Positions 8,462 to 18,485 of a stretch of DNA of 64,000 bases are shown in pieces. The position numbers were made by a program, and so were the translations under genes. The first letter of the stretch is position 1; every line of letters starts with the position of its first letter. The DNA comes from a virus. Location: IMG/VR virus record IMGVR_UViG_3300032820_000001, positions 32,001 through 96,000 of that record. One strand, 5' to 3'. Under the pieces are notes generated by a model. The model was not told where the DNA came from, did not search any database, and worked only from the letters and a program-made list of their open reading frames with translations.

Positions 8462-11400
8462 CCTAAAACCCTGAAGTTATGATATATGCTGCGTGTGGAG
8501 AATCCCCACTGCTCGCTGAAATCTAACTTCGCCATGTAAGGCCGGTTGATTTGAATTCTATCTCTATGCTCTTTAACTCCCCAGCACTTAATGTGTGTGA
8601 GGACACTGTTTTCATCCACCACCTCGATAACCCAATAGGTCTTGTCGTTCTTGGTCTTTCGTGCCGTCACTTTTCGTGGGACAAACCACACCAAGTTCAA
8701 GTCGGGGTCGTAGTCTGAAATTGCTGGTACGCAGTATTCCTTTAGCCTTTGTTGGATGGGCTCATCAACGACAAGATGAATTGGGAACACCCCAGTTAGG
8801 CTGGCCAGATATTCAATCTTCTCCTCGATGGCGAAGTCTCCCTCCGGTGCGTACATCTCAATATTATCCTCTAAGTCTTTCTCTTTCCGGGGGCGTTCGA
8901 CTGCCACCGCTGACCAGTAATGTTTGAGGCCAGTGAATCGATCATCCATCAGGCAATTCAATGCTTGGCTTCTCACCAAAACATCAAGAGCTTTCTTGTT
9001 GAGTTTGCTGTACACCATGTCCTCGTTGAAGAGAAAGTCCTCAATTTTGTGGAAGGGGCGGCCATTGAAGATTTGCTCAATTGCCGACTCACCAAGTCCC
9101 TTGATGGAGGTGAGGGGTTGAATGAGCGCGTGGCCATCATCCGATATTTCCCATACCCTTCCAGATGTGTTGACGTTTAACTTCTCAATGCCAAAGCCCA
9201 AACTCTTTGCGACATTGATTGCCGCCTCTTTTCGTCCTTCGGGCTCTTTGTCGAGAAATGCTGCCATCCATTCAACTGGATAATAGTTGAGCAGATGAGC
9301 ACACTGATAAGATAGCGTAGCATAAGAAACCGCATGTGATGCGTTGAAGCCATAGCCTGAGAAGAATTCCATCTTCTCCCACAATTCCATTGCTTGTTGC
9401 TCAGTAATTCCCTTGTCGACACATCCGTCGACAAACTTAAGTCGGATCTTTTCTAATTCTTTTGCGCCCTTGCCTGTTCCTTTTTTGGTTAAGAGCTTGC
9501 GAAGGGCATTCCCCTCGTCCAAAGATATATCACGACCAAGTTTGTGCGCCAACAAAGCCAGCTGCTCTTGGAAAATAATGAAGCCATAAGTTTCTTCAAG
9601 GCACTCTTTGATAACCGGATGGCCATATTCAATTTCTTCTGGATTCTTTATTGCCTTCGCATAACGTTTGGCAACACCTGCAGACAGAGGGCCCGGTCGA
9701 TAGATCGCAGTGATGGCTGACAGATCTGCAAGACTTGTGGGCTTCGTATCTTTGCAGAATTTTTGTGCCCCATCTTGAGTGAATTGAAAAACGCCAGCCC
9801 ACTTTCCTTTCTGGAATATGTTCTTCCATACTTTCTGATCATCAAAGTCAATTGTATCTGGGTGAAGGTGTTTCTCGTAATACGCTTTTACCTGCGCGAA
9901 AGTGGGTTCCGGTATATCATGCTTCCTTATTAGGATGTGACGTATCGCTCCCTCAATCATGCGAAGTGAAGCGAGTCCCAAGATATCAAACTTAATAAAA
10001 CCCATGGGCTCCAAGTGACGCACGTTCTGTCCCTCACTCCACGGTGTCTGCCGGACACCACCGGATGAGATGAGGGGCATGTGATGGTCGAGGTTCTCGC
10101 CCACCAAAATTCCACCAGCGTGGCGTGAACAGCTTCGCGTACTCCCAAAGATTCTCAACACATGCGTCTTTACTTGAGGGTATTTGTTCAAGAAAGCCTT
10201 GAGACTATCTGAATATTCTAATACCTCTTCAAAGGTTGGGGCGTATACACCTGCAGCAATTCCATTAGCTTCCTTCGCTCTGGGTGTTGCCTCGTGGATC
10301 ATTTTACTTGTAACCCCATTGGCCTCAGCGAAGTCGATGTTGTAAAATTTGGAGATGTCTTTGATGAGTGATCTCAATTGGAGAGTGTTCCAGTTAGAGA
10401 TGGGAACCACAACGTTGTCTCCCCACTCCTTAATGAACATATCTTTTAGTTCCATTGGATCGGCCACATCATAATCAATATCAGGGTAGTCTACTGTATC
10501 CTTCCGTAAGAATCTCTCGAACTGGAGGTTGTATTTGATGGGATCAATTTGCGTGATGTTAAGACAATAAGCAATGAGTGAGCCTGCGGCTGACCCTCGT
10601 CCTGCACCCACAAGCTGCGCCTCTTGTGCCTTGTCTGAAATAGCTCTCATAGTCAAAAAGTATTTACTAAAACCTCTGGAGCTGATAACATCAAACTCTT
10701 GTTCAATTCTCTCCTCGTAATTTTTCTTTCCGGTGAGGCCACGCTTTGCAAGACCATCGCGGGTGAAGCCCATCAAAGCGTCGTCTGCAGTCATACCTTC
10801 TGGTACAACGAAATCAGGAAGTCGCACCGTGTTGTCGGGAAAGAAAGACTCAATCTTTTCGTGGGCAATTTCATACGTGCGCTCGATGCTGTCCAAGATT
10901 AATTTCTCATCATACTCCACGCCTTTAGGAAATAGCGGTGTGTCTTTCTCTCGGTAAGACCAGTTGTCTGGCTGAGAGTATTTGCGATATGCTTCGAGCA
11001 TCTCGTCACCGTTCTTGGGGTAGAGTTCACACCGAGTCTCATCGATGGTGTCGGGCAACGTCGCTTCGGCGAGGCCCTTACGCAACCATCCCAGCTTTCG
11101 ATAGAGTTCCCGGTCTTTCCACGATTTCTTATCTGGGTAGTGACTATCTGAAGTCGAGACAAGTTGAATATCAAACTCGGCGCATACCTTAATAACAAAT
11201 TTATTAATAGCATGTTGATCGGGGATAGCGTTCCATTGTACTTCTCCGTAAAAATTATCTCCGAAGATTTCTTTGAAGCGGCTGGCGGTCTTACGCATAG
11301 CGGCGAAAACTGCATCTTCGCCCTCTCCTCGGTTGGCCCAATAATCACCGGCAAATACACCACCCATGCAGGCGCTTGCTACAATAATCCCTTCGCCATA

Positions 11401-11922
11401 TTTCTCCAACATTTCGAAGTCGATGCGAGGATAGCGATAGAAGTTTTTGGGAGTGTAAGATTCCGAAACCATCTTGAAAAGATTGTTCAGCCCCTTCTGA
11501 TTACGAACCAGCAGAATAAGATGACTACGCCGAGACAGAATATCTTTAACAGCACTTTTGCTTGCTGCTTCATCTTCGACTGTCGTTCCGGTAGCCTCTC
11601 CATCACTCTTGGCCCTCTTCTTATCTAGTTCGGCCAATTGCTTTTCTTCGCGCCACTCTGGTAAAGAGGGTACAAAATATGCTTCACACCCATAGATCGG
11701 CTTAAAATCCTTACCACTCGCCTGCATTTCCTTCGCGTGGAGTACCTGATACGCGAGGCCATTCATGTTCCCATGATCGGTGAGCGCCAATGCATCCATA
11801 CCATTTTGATAGGCTGAGTCCATGTGTTCTTGTGGATAACCAAGTGCATCGAATGGCGAACCTGCCACACTGTGGGCATGCAGCCCGACGTACTTTACTT
11901 TTGAATTTTCTCGTTCGGTCAT
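8458..11922 (-). CDS. dnaE: DNA polymerase III alpha subunit (family C)
   Basis: PHP domain (HAH, TDHG, GCE, DSH), GRGSAAGSL, PDIDYD, KFDILGL, YRPGP, YGFNASHA, C-terminal OB fold. Confidence 0.97.
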   Translation of the reverse strand: MTERENSKVKYVGLHAHSVAGSPFDALGYPQEHMDSAYQNGMDALALTDHGNMNGLAYQVLHAKEMQASGKDFKPIYGCEAYFVPSLPEWREEKQLAELDKKRAKSDGEATGTTVEDEAASKSAVKDILSRRSHLILLVRNQKGLNNLFKMVSESYTPKNFYRYPRIDFEMLEKYGEGIIVASACMGGVFAGDYWANRGEGEDAVFAAMRKTASRFKEIFGDNFYGEVQWNAIPDQHAINKFVIKVCAEFDIQLVSTSDSHYPDKKSWKDRELYRKLGWLRKGLAEATLPDTIDETRCELYPKNGDEMLEAYRKYSQPDNWSYREKDTPLFPKGVEYDEKLILDSIERTYEIAHEKIESFFPDNTVRLPDFVVPEGMTADDALMGFTRDGLAKRGLTGKKNYEERIEQEFDVISSRGFSKYFLTMRAISDKAQEAQLVGAGRGSAAGSLIAYCLNITQIDPIKYNLQFERFLRKDTVDYPDIDYDVADPMELKDMFIKEWGDNVVVPISNWNTLQLRSLIKDISKFYNIDFAEANGVTSKMIHEATPRAKEANGIAAGVYAPTFEEVLEYSDSLKAFLNKYPQVKTHVLRIFGSTRSCSRHAGGILVGENLDHHMPLISSGGVRQTPWSEGQNVRHLEPMGFIKFDILGLASLRMIEGAIRHILIRKHDIPEPTFAQVKAYYEKHLHPDTIDFDDQKVWKNIFQKGKWAGVFQFTQDGAQKFCKDTKPTSLADLSAITAIYRPGPLSAGVAKRYAKAIKNPEEIEYGHPVIKECLEETYGFIIFQEQLALLAHKLGRDISLDEGNALRKLLTKKGTGKGAKELEKIRLKFVDGCVDKGITEQQAMELWEKMEFFSGYGFNASHAVSYATLSYQCAHLLNYYPVEWMAAFLDKEPEGRKEAAINVAKSLGFGIEKLNVNTSGRVWEISDDGHALIQPLTSIKGLGESAIEQIFNGRPFHKIEDFLFNEDMVYSKLNKKALDVLVRSQALNCLMDDRFTGLKHYWSAVAVERPRKEKDLEDNIEMYAPEGDFAIEEKIEYLASLTGVFPIHLVVDEPIQQRLKEYCVPAISDYDPDLNLVWFVPRKVTARKTKNDKTYWVIEVVDENSVLTHIKCWGVKEHRDRIQINRPYMAKLDFSEQWGFSTRSIYHNFRVLG

Positions 11923-11925
11923 AAT

Positions 11926-12159
11926 CTATCCTAGCTTCCTTAAGTGATAGTGTGCAATACTGAGGCGTTGGCCGCCTACATAAATCATAGCGGAATCCCA
12001 CAACTTATCAGCGCCTAATACAATTCCGATTTCTCGATCTGGTTGGCGTGAGTAATCCAGAGGAGTAACTATCTCCACTAAATCTCCACGCTCAAGTGTC
12101 AGCCCCGACCAGTCGGTAAGATCTTTGAGCCATTCGCTTTTGAAATGTGACAACTCCAT
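11926..12159 (-). CDS. hypothetical protein (KOW/SH3-like pattern)
   Basis: 77 aa, RGDLVEIV...GIVLG; overlaps upstream ORF by 68 nt. Confidence 0.5.
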   Translation of the reverse strand: MELSHFKSEWLKDLTDWSGLTLERGDLVEIVTPLDYSRQPDREIGIVLGADKLWDSAMIYVGGQRLSIAHYHLRKLG

Positions 12160-12988
12160 TCGCTGCTTCCTTGTGTTTCTCTACTTGGTCTTCTGAGCCA
12201 AGGTAGTTCTTATAATTTTCCCAAGTGTCAATCTGGTGATACCAAGGGACTGAAATTTGTTTCGGCTCATCCATTATAACAGATTTAAAAATCTCGTCAA
12301 GTCCTGTTTTGTATTTTCTTACTTCCCGCCGGGCATAGACAAACACATCGCGGTCGAAAGTGAAGGCGGTGTGCAACCCATCGGCCACTGACTTGTCGTC
12401 GTGGGTAATTATATAAGAGCTATCGGAGCGCAGCATGTGGCGCTTCGTTCGTAGAACATCCGCATCATAAATTCCGTAGGGGAAAGAAACAAAGTATTTA
12501 TCAGGGATCACCCACTTGGATACTCGGAAGGACATCCGAAAGGAGGTGATGGCTCCGACCAGTGCGCTCCAGCCCAAACTCTCTCTGCGCTCAAAGTCAA
12601 TTGGTTTGAGCTTCACATAGTAGATGGGGATGCGCCTAATGTGATCCTTCATCTTTGAGCGGGGGTTGCCAGCTATCCTGTCAATCTCAACGGGATCGAA
12701 GATCCAATCCCCCAAGCGATGGCGGATGAGCGGGGTGGTGCCTTCTTTGCATACAATCCAAATGGTGGAGACGCCAGCACAGGCACACTCGTACACCGCA
12801 TGCTCAACTGCTAGATAGTCCTGGCCGACAGGCATCAATGAATCGTGCCATGGCATGTTGAAGTCTAGCTTCGCGCCAGTGACAGGAACGACACCAGCAA
12901 GGTGAAAGTCGCCAACTGCATACTTTCCCTTCTTAGACTTCCGCTTGTCGCGAAGGATTCTGACTCCCTCTAATTTTTCCTCTTCCAT
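12092..12988 (-). CDS. divergent sugar-phosphate nucleotidyltransferase-fold protein
   Basis: AGVVPVTG...LMPVG...AVEHAVYECACAGVSTIWIVC follows the N-terminal layout of RmlA/GlmU-type enzymes. Confidence 0.6.
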   Translation of the reverse strand: MEEEKLEGVRILRDKRKSKKGKYAVGDFHLAGVVPVTGAKLDFNMPWHDSLMPVGQDYLAVEHAVYECACAGVSTIWIVCKEGTTPLIRHRLGDWIFDPVEIDRIAGNPRSKMKDHIRRIPIYYVKLKPIDFERRESLGWSALVGAITSFRMSFRVSKWVIPDKYFVSFPYGIYDADVLRTKRHMLRSDSSYIITHDDKSVADGLHTAFTFDRDVFVYARREVRKYKTGLDEIFKSVIMDEPKQISVPWYHQIDTWENYKNYLGSEDQVEKHKEAANGVVTFQKRMAQRSYRLVGADT

Positions 12989-13785
12989 TTGGACTTCCTA
13001 AAAAATTGTTCTAGATATTTAGTATAACGCAATGGGTCATCATTGTCAAGATCATTTATGAATTTAATTGTATCTGTATCGTCATATTTGTTCTTGTGAA
13101 GAATGTGGGTTTCCCTGAGAATTGTTTCTATCTTCAGGGAAAGGTATGCTGGTTTGCCAGTGGTGGCTTGTGTACCATTCTTCGACCCTTTCATTCCTGC
13201 GTTCTTCATCATCTCCCTCGACTTCAGCAGAACATATGATTCCGAGTAATTGATATTTTTTAATTGGGGCGCCGTCATAATTGAGAGGGCACACGCATCT
13301 TTGCGAGTGTTCCGCTGGCCGGTGATGCGGAGGTTGGGGTAGAATAAAATCTTTTTCACGAAGTCGCTGTCCTCATCTTCAATGTAATCATACGGATGAT
13401 TCCCTCCACGATATACATTGATCCAATCCAACACCAAATATTCTTTCTTGGCCTCGTGGATCGGCGCGGGTAATCCCTCAACGCCCAGATCGTCGATGAG
13501 GTGCAGAGTATCATAAGAGAACGTCACCATCCTAGAATTTTTTGTGAAACACTTTATCTCTTGCGCCTCTTGGTCGACACGCATGGAGACAATTTTATCG
13601 GACATTGGGAGCTGGCCAGCGAGTGACAAGACAAACGACAAATGTTCCCACTTAGCGACGCAGTTAGAGCGAAAGAAGTGGGGTTGTTGGGGGATACATA
13701 GAACGGGATGCCCCGTAGCATACGCAAAAGAAAGGGCCTCTAACGAGCCCCCTACCACTATGTTTTTATATGTGAGGTTTTTCAA
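12970..13785 (-). CDS. hypothetical protein with Rossmann-like N-terminus
   Basis: NIVVGGSLEALSFAY resembles a dinucleotide-binding start. Confidence 0.55.
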   Translation of the reverse strand: MKNLTYKNIVVGGSLEALSFAYATGHPVLCIPQQPHFFRSNCVAKWEHLSFVLSLAGQLPMSDKIVSMRVDQEAQEIKCFTKNSRMVTFSYDTLHLIDDLGVEGLPAPIHEAKKEYLVLDWINVYRGGNHPYDYIEDEDSDFVKKILFYPNLRITGQRNTRKDACALSIMTAPQLKNINYSESYVLLKSREMMKNAGMKGSKNGTQATTGKPAYLSLKIETILRETHILHKNKYDDTDTIKFINDLDNDDPLRYTKYLEQFFRKSKWKRKN

Positions 13786-14078
13786 AACAAACTCATCTTT
13801 CTGAGGAGTGGATCGATTAGCTCAAACAAAATTCTCCAGAACCCAACAAAGAAATTTATGCCCACATCAATTAAAGACCCGAAGGAATCTATCACTCCGG
13901 TGAGTGCGTTATAAATTAGATCAGTGGTGTTGGGGTTGAACCCGATCATGCAGAGAAGTACAGCTGGAAAACATATGGTTGCCAGGAATAGAAAGACCCT
14001 CCAAAGGCGAAAGGCCAGTGAGGAAATATTTCTCGATGTTGAACCCATAGTCGGTCTAGCAAATCTCGCAAAACCCAA
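13782..14078 (-). CDS. putative small membrane protein
   Basis: two hydrophobic segments; fills the gap on the coding strand; start uncertain (TTG 14078 or ATG 14048). Confidence 0.45.
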   Translation of the reverse strand: MGFARFARPTMGSTSRNISSLAFRLWRVFLFLATICFPAVLLCMIGFNPNTTDLIYNALTGVIDSFGSLIDVGINFFVGFWRILFELIDPLLRKMSLF

Positions 14079-14106
14079 TTCGTTTAGAACGAATTCTCCT
14101 ACGCTA

Positions 14107-14385
14107 TTAGAGTTTTACTTCACACAACACATAATTTGCTTGAAGTAAATAGTGAGTAACTCCGTCAAGAGAAACTTCCCTCACCATATTCGGCTCTGCA
14201 ATCACCAGGGAGCCTTCGGAGATCTCGCTTTTAACGGACTCATGAACACTCAAGACCCTGGCAATTACATAATCTTTCTTCTTCTGGTAGTCGATTGGCA
14301 GGAGAACGTGGGGCCTCGATTCGGGCTCCTCATTCTCCTCCACCAACTCTACCAGAAGATGTTTGTTCTTGGGGAAAATTTTCAT
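14107..14385 (-). CDS. groES: co-chaperonin GroES-like protein
   Basis: MKIFPKNKHLLVE...VLLP...ARVLSV...EGSLV...DGVTHYLLQANYVLCEV matches the Cpn10 layout and size. Confidence 0.8.
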   Translation of the reverse strand: MKIFPKNKHLLVELVEENEEPESRPHVLLPIDYQKKKDYVIARVLSVHESVKSEISEGSLVIAEPNMVREVSLDGVTHYLLQANYVLCEVKL

Positions 14386-14654
14386 TAAACGCCCCGACCA
14401 ACAGTCTCGTAGAAGTCCATCAACTGATCTAAGTCCACATCGTCCTTGATCATCTTATAGGCTTTCATGGCCATCTTCACTTCTTCTTTACTGAGCCATC
14501 CGTTCTCAACGTAATTTTGCTTGAGAGCTTTCTTCTGCTCCTTGAAGGGCTCGATAGCTTCCTCGATGGTGGCCACCGACTTAATATAATCGACGATGCG
14601 ATCTTCCTTTTTAACTTCTGCTTCTTGGTTTGTATTATCAATAGCTAATTTCAT
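14385..14654 (-). CDS. small helical DNA-binding protein (GapR / T4 DsbA-like)
   Basis: 89 aa; RIVDYIKSVATIEEAIEPFKEQKKALKQ; start moved to MKLAID (AGGAG SD). Confidence 0.55.
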   Translation of the reverse strand: MKLAIDNTNQEAEVKKEDRIVDYIKSVATIEEAIEPFKEQKKALKQNYVENGWLSKEEVKMAMKAYKMIKDDVDLDQLMDFYETVGRGV

Positions 14655-14665
14655 TTCTTTCTCCT

Positions 14666-17086
14666 TTAGCCGCACTTAGCGAACCCACAATGGGTACAAG
14701 TGACACACCCGTCCTGATAGACCAGACCATCTGATCCGCAGCTTGGGCACATTTTATCTGTGGCTTTTTCGCCATCAGCAATGCATTTTTTCAACACCCT
14801 TGACACTACCTTGTTGAAGGATGTGAAGTCGGTATCTTGATCTTTCTGCATCTGCTCCACAACAAACTTCACGCTTGCACCGTGGCGCAGAGAGAGTGAG
14901 ATCATACGAGTCATAATCGCATTATTAGGATTATCAAACATACTCACGATATCGTTCACAACCATCTCGTCTTCCTCTGTTTCTCCCAAGACCAAATCAT
15001 AAATTGATCTGGTTGTCTTGCGAGGGTGTTTGGTTATTGTACCATAGTTATATTTTTTTGGCAAGGTAATTTTTGAGGAAAGACCTGCAAACAACTCATA
15101 AGGTTTTCCATCCAAAAGCCCCAAAAGAACAACCCAGCCCTCTCCCTGAATTGTGGGGCGGTGGATTTCACACTTCATAACTTCTGGTCGGCATGCGGCG
15201 TCTCTCTGCGGGAAGGAAGTATCCTCCTCTGATGCTGAGACCAGTACGCCAGTTCGTGAGCCATCAACGTAGACTGTAATTCCTTTGAGGCCGCGCTTCC
15301 AGCCCTCCTTGTATAGTTCACCCACCACTTTGGGCGGTGTTCCTTTTGGGAGGTTGATGGTTGAAGAGATGGCGTGGTCAATGTGCTTCTGGATGGTCTC
15401 TTGAATCTTAACTCGTCTCATCCAATCAATTTGATCTGACTCCACGAAGAAGGCTGGGAGCTTGCTGCCTCTCCCCTTACCGACAATACTCAAGTAGTCT
15501 TGAATGTTTTTATGAAACACCTTATATTCCTGCCATTTATCTCCCACATCGTCAACGAAATCTACTTTAGTTTTGGTGTCGTTGTGGCTAATCTTGCGGC
15601 GGCGTATATAAAAATTACGGAACACGGGCTCTAACCCAGAACTGGTCTGGCTCATAATGGAGACTGAGCCTGTGGGTGCATTCGTAAGGATGGAGATATT
15701 TCTCCTGCCATATTTTTTTATAAGCCTTCGAATGTTTTGGGGTAGCGATTTGATAAAGGCGTTGTTCTTCTCAGTTTCCCAATTAAAGTCAGGGAATGCG
15801 CCGCGCTCTTTTGCCAAGTTGCATGACTCGCGGTAAGCCTCAACCTTCAAAGTCTCATATATCTTGTCGATGATCTCAATGGCCTTGTCGCTATCATAAC
15901 GCAAGCGGAGGGAGGCAAGGGCATCTGCTAGGCCATGGGTTCCTAGTCCAGTTCGTCGCCCCCCTTCGGCTGCCTTACGGAGCTTCATCCACAATACCTG
16001 CTCATCGGAAGTATCGCACGACTCCATAATTGCCATAATCTTTTCTATCTCCAACTCCACCAGATCATCGGAGAGCCGCATGGCAGTCCGTACCGTGTTC
16101 CCAAAGTCATCGAAGTCAAAAGATGCTTGTTTCGTGAAGGGGTCACTCACAAAGTTTTTAAGGTTCACTGAAATCAGACGGCAGCTATCATAAGCGGAGA
16201 GGGGAATCTCAGCGCAAGGGTTGGTGCAGATGGTTTTGTAGGCATCATATTCGTGAGCTGGTAGGTTCTTCGTGATGTTATCCCACATCAAGATGCCGGG
16301 TTCTGCGGTAGCGGTGGCCGACTCTACAATTTTATCCCACAACTCTTTCGCCTTAATCTCTTTTGTTATTTTGGGAGCAAGAGAGCCCACAGGAAATTGT
16401 AACATAAAGGTCTCATCGTTTTCGACGGCCTCCATAAAGCTATCGCTTATCTTGACCGATACATTTGCGCCCGTTACCTTGGTTAAGTCGCGCTTCATTG
16501 TAACAAAGCTTTCGATGTCAGGGTGGCGAATGTCCATCGTGATCATCAACGCGCCACGTCTACCGTTCTGGCCGACCATACGGCACACATAAGAATAGAA
16601 GTCAGCAAAAGACCAAGCACCTGTGGTGGTTCCTGCACTGTTGCTAACAGGGGCGCCTTCGGGTCGGAGTTCTGATATGTCTAGGCCGACGCCACAACGA
16701 CGCTTAAAGAGGTTGGCAAGATCTTTGCCTGAGTCAATGATGGATGAGATGTTATCTAATGGCGAGTCCACCACCACGCAATTTGAAAGGGAGGCATTTA
16801 CAAAATTGTTGCCGATTCCGTACATGGGTGATCCCTGGGGGACGATCTTCTTGAAACCCTTGAGGTGATCGAAGATTTGTTTCTCTGAGAGTTTCTTCTT
16901 TCCGAACTTTTCTTCTATCCGAGCGAACTCTTTGGTGAGCCTAAGATGCATATCATTCGGATTCTTCTCATGAAATTCGCCCTCCTTGTCTCGAAGAGCG
17001 TACTTTGTAATAAATACATTGGTCGCTAGATCATCACCTTCAAAATATTCTTTTGTCTCTCTCGTCACGGTATCAACTTTTGGCAT
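14666..17086 (-). CDS. nrdJ: class II (B12-dependent) ribonucleotide reductase
   Basis: SLSNC, GVGLD, RRGALM, TNPCAE, RRTGLG, APTGS, YVDGSR, C-terminal CPSC...CVTCTHCG; start at MPKV (GGAGG SD). Confidence 0.93.
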   Translation of the reverse strand: MPKVDTVTRETKEYFEGDDLATNVFITKYALRDKEGEFHEKNPNDMHLRLTKEFARIEEKFGKKKLSEKQIFDHLKGFKKIVPQGSPMYGIGNNFVNASLSNCVVVDSPLDNISSIIDSGKDLANLFKRRCGVGLDISELRPEGAPVSNSAGTTTGAWSFADFYSYVCRMVGQNGRRGALMITMDIRHPDIESFVTMKRDLTKVTGANVSVKISDSFMEAVENDETFMLQFPVGSLAPKITKEIKAKELWDKIVESATATAEPGILMWDNITKNLPAHEYDAYKTICTNPCAEIPLSAYDSCRLISVNLKNFVSDPFTKQASFDFDDFGNTVRTAMRLSDDLVELEIEKIMAIMESCDTSDEQVLWMKLRKAAEGGRRTGLGTHGLADALASLRLRYDSDKAIEIIDKIYETLKVEAYRESCNLAKERGAFPDFNWETEKNNAFIKSLPQNIRRLIKKYGRRNISILTNAPTGSVSIMSQTSSGLEPVFRNFYIRRRKISHNDTKTKVDFVDDVGDKWQEYKVFHKNIQDYLSIVGKGRGSKLPAFFVESDQIDWMRRVKIQETIQKHIDHAISSTINLPKGTPPKVVGELYKEGWKRGLKGITVYVDGSRTGVLVSASEEDTSFPQRDAACRPEVMKCEIHRPTIQGEGWVVLLGLLDGKPYELFAGLSSKITLPKKYNYGTITKHPRKTTRSIYDLVLGETEEDEMVVNDIVSMFDNPNNAIMTRMISLSLRHGASVKFVVEQMQKDQDTDFTSFNKVVSRVLKKCIADGEKATDKMCPSCGSDGLVYQDGCVTCTHCGFAKCG

Positions 17087-17108
17087 ATCGGTTCCTCCCT
17101 TTCCCATC

Positions 17109-18485
17109 TTACACCCGTTTTTTGTCTTCTTTAAATTCTTTATACTTTTCTTGCAGTTTTTCTTTTTGTTCCTTCGCCGTCACCAGTGCAATGGACGACG
17201 GTGTGTCGCCCTGATATGGCAGAACCTTCAAGTCTATATTCTTTGTATTCATGTGCATCGGGTAAACCAGTCCGTCTGGGCCGTTGCGGTTCTTGGCCAC
17301 GAACATGCGAGCTGTGTTCGACACCTTGTCATCGATGGTTCGAGAGATGGAGCAGATAAAATCTGCAACGAAACATTTATTGAAAGCTTCGCTGATCGAC
17401 TCCATGGTAATCACTTCGGCGTTGAGGCCCGAACGGTTGGTTTGGGAGGCTGTCCACAAGGGGCATTCATACTCCTGGGCAATTCCTCTCAGTTCCTCGT
17501 AGATCGATTCCAACTCATTTCTCTTTTCTTTCTGGGCAGCTACAGGTCTGAGGAGGTCTCCATAGTCCATGATGATCATATCAATTGGAACCTCCCGCTT
17601 TCGCAATTTTTCGAGATGGGCTCTCAAGGTCTGTGTCGATGCCGACTTTGTTGGGTACTCTTTAATTATAAGTCCGCCGGACATATCTTTAATCTTTTCG
17701 TAAATTTCGTCTTTGAGACCATGCAGTGCGTTAAGGCCGAAGCCTGTGATACACGCATCATATCGATTGCCGATGACCGTATCCTGCAGTTCTAGCGTGT
17801 AGTGGATGACGTTGCGGCCCTGTTTGATGGCTTGCGCTCCGAGGTGAACGAGGGCCATGGATTTCCCGGCGCCTGTCGGTGCTACAACAACGCCAAGTTC
17901 GCCCTTCCCCAAGCCGCCATGGATGATGTTATCAATTTCCTTCCACCCAGTGGTAACGGGGTTCCGAGCTTTTAATTCAAAACGCTTCTCGAAATCTAAA
18001 ATGTAATCGTAACCAAAGTCAGTGTCGGTTCCAAGCTTCAAGGCGTCGTCAAGGGTGCTTTTGATCTTCTCAAAAGAATTATCTTTCAGTAACTCAACAC
18101 TCTTAAGCATCGCCTCTTTCAGCTTTTGCTTCTTGCAGAACTCCAGAGCATGTTCTTTGACATATGCTGCATCCTTCACATCCTCTTCGTTGGTTCGAAC
18201 TCTGGCGAAGAAATCTCTGACTTGTTTCTTTACAAGTTCGTTCTCATCTTCCAGTTCAGTTCGGAGGATGGTCTCTACAATAGATTTGGTTGGGTGCGTT
18301 CCGTACTTGGTTTTGTAGGTAAAAATTTTCTCATTAAAAATTTGGAGGTACTTGGTTTCAAAAAACCCTATATCCATCACTTCGCTGATCTGATCAGAAA
18401 ACTGGCGGTCTTCCAAAACAAGCCTTGTAAGCTTTTCCTGAAAGGACTTGCCATAGTGGGCAAAACTTGCTACTTCCTTTTGCAT
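17109..18485 (-). CDS. replicative DNA helicase (DnaB / T4 gp41-like)
   Basis: APTGAGKS, YTLEL, IMDYGD, WTASQTNR, AKNRNGPDG. Confidence 0.93.
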   Translation of the reverse strand: MQKEVASFAHYGKSFQEKLTRLVLEDRQFSDQISEVMDIGFFETKYLQIFNEKIFTYKTKYGTHPTKSIVETILRTELEDENELVKKQVRDFFARVRTNEEDVKDAAYVKEHALEFCKKQKLKEAMLKSVELLKDNSFEKIKSTLDDALKLGTDTDFGYDYILDFEKRFELKARNPVTTGWKEIDNIIHGGLGKGELGVVVAPTGAGKSMALVHLGAQAIKQGRNVIHYTLELQDTVIGNRYDACITGFGLNALHGLKDEIYEKIKDMSGGLIIKEYPTKSASTQTLRAHLEKLRKREVPIDMIIMDYGDLLRPVAAQKEKRNELESIYEELRGIAQEYECPLWTASQTNRSGLNAEVITMESISEAFNKCFVADFICSISRTIDDKVSNTARMFVAKNRNGPDGLVYPMHMNTKNIDLKVLPYQGDTPSSIALVTAKEQKEKLQEKYKEFKEDKKRV

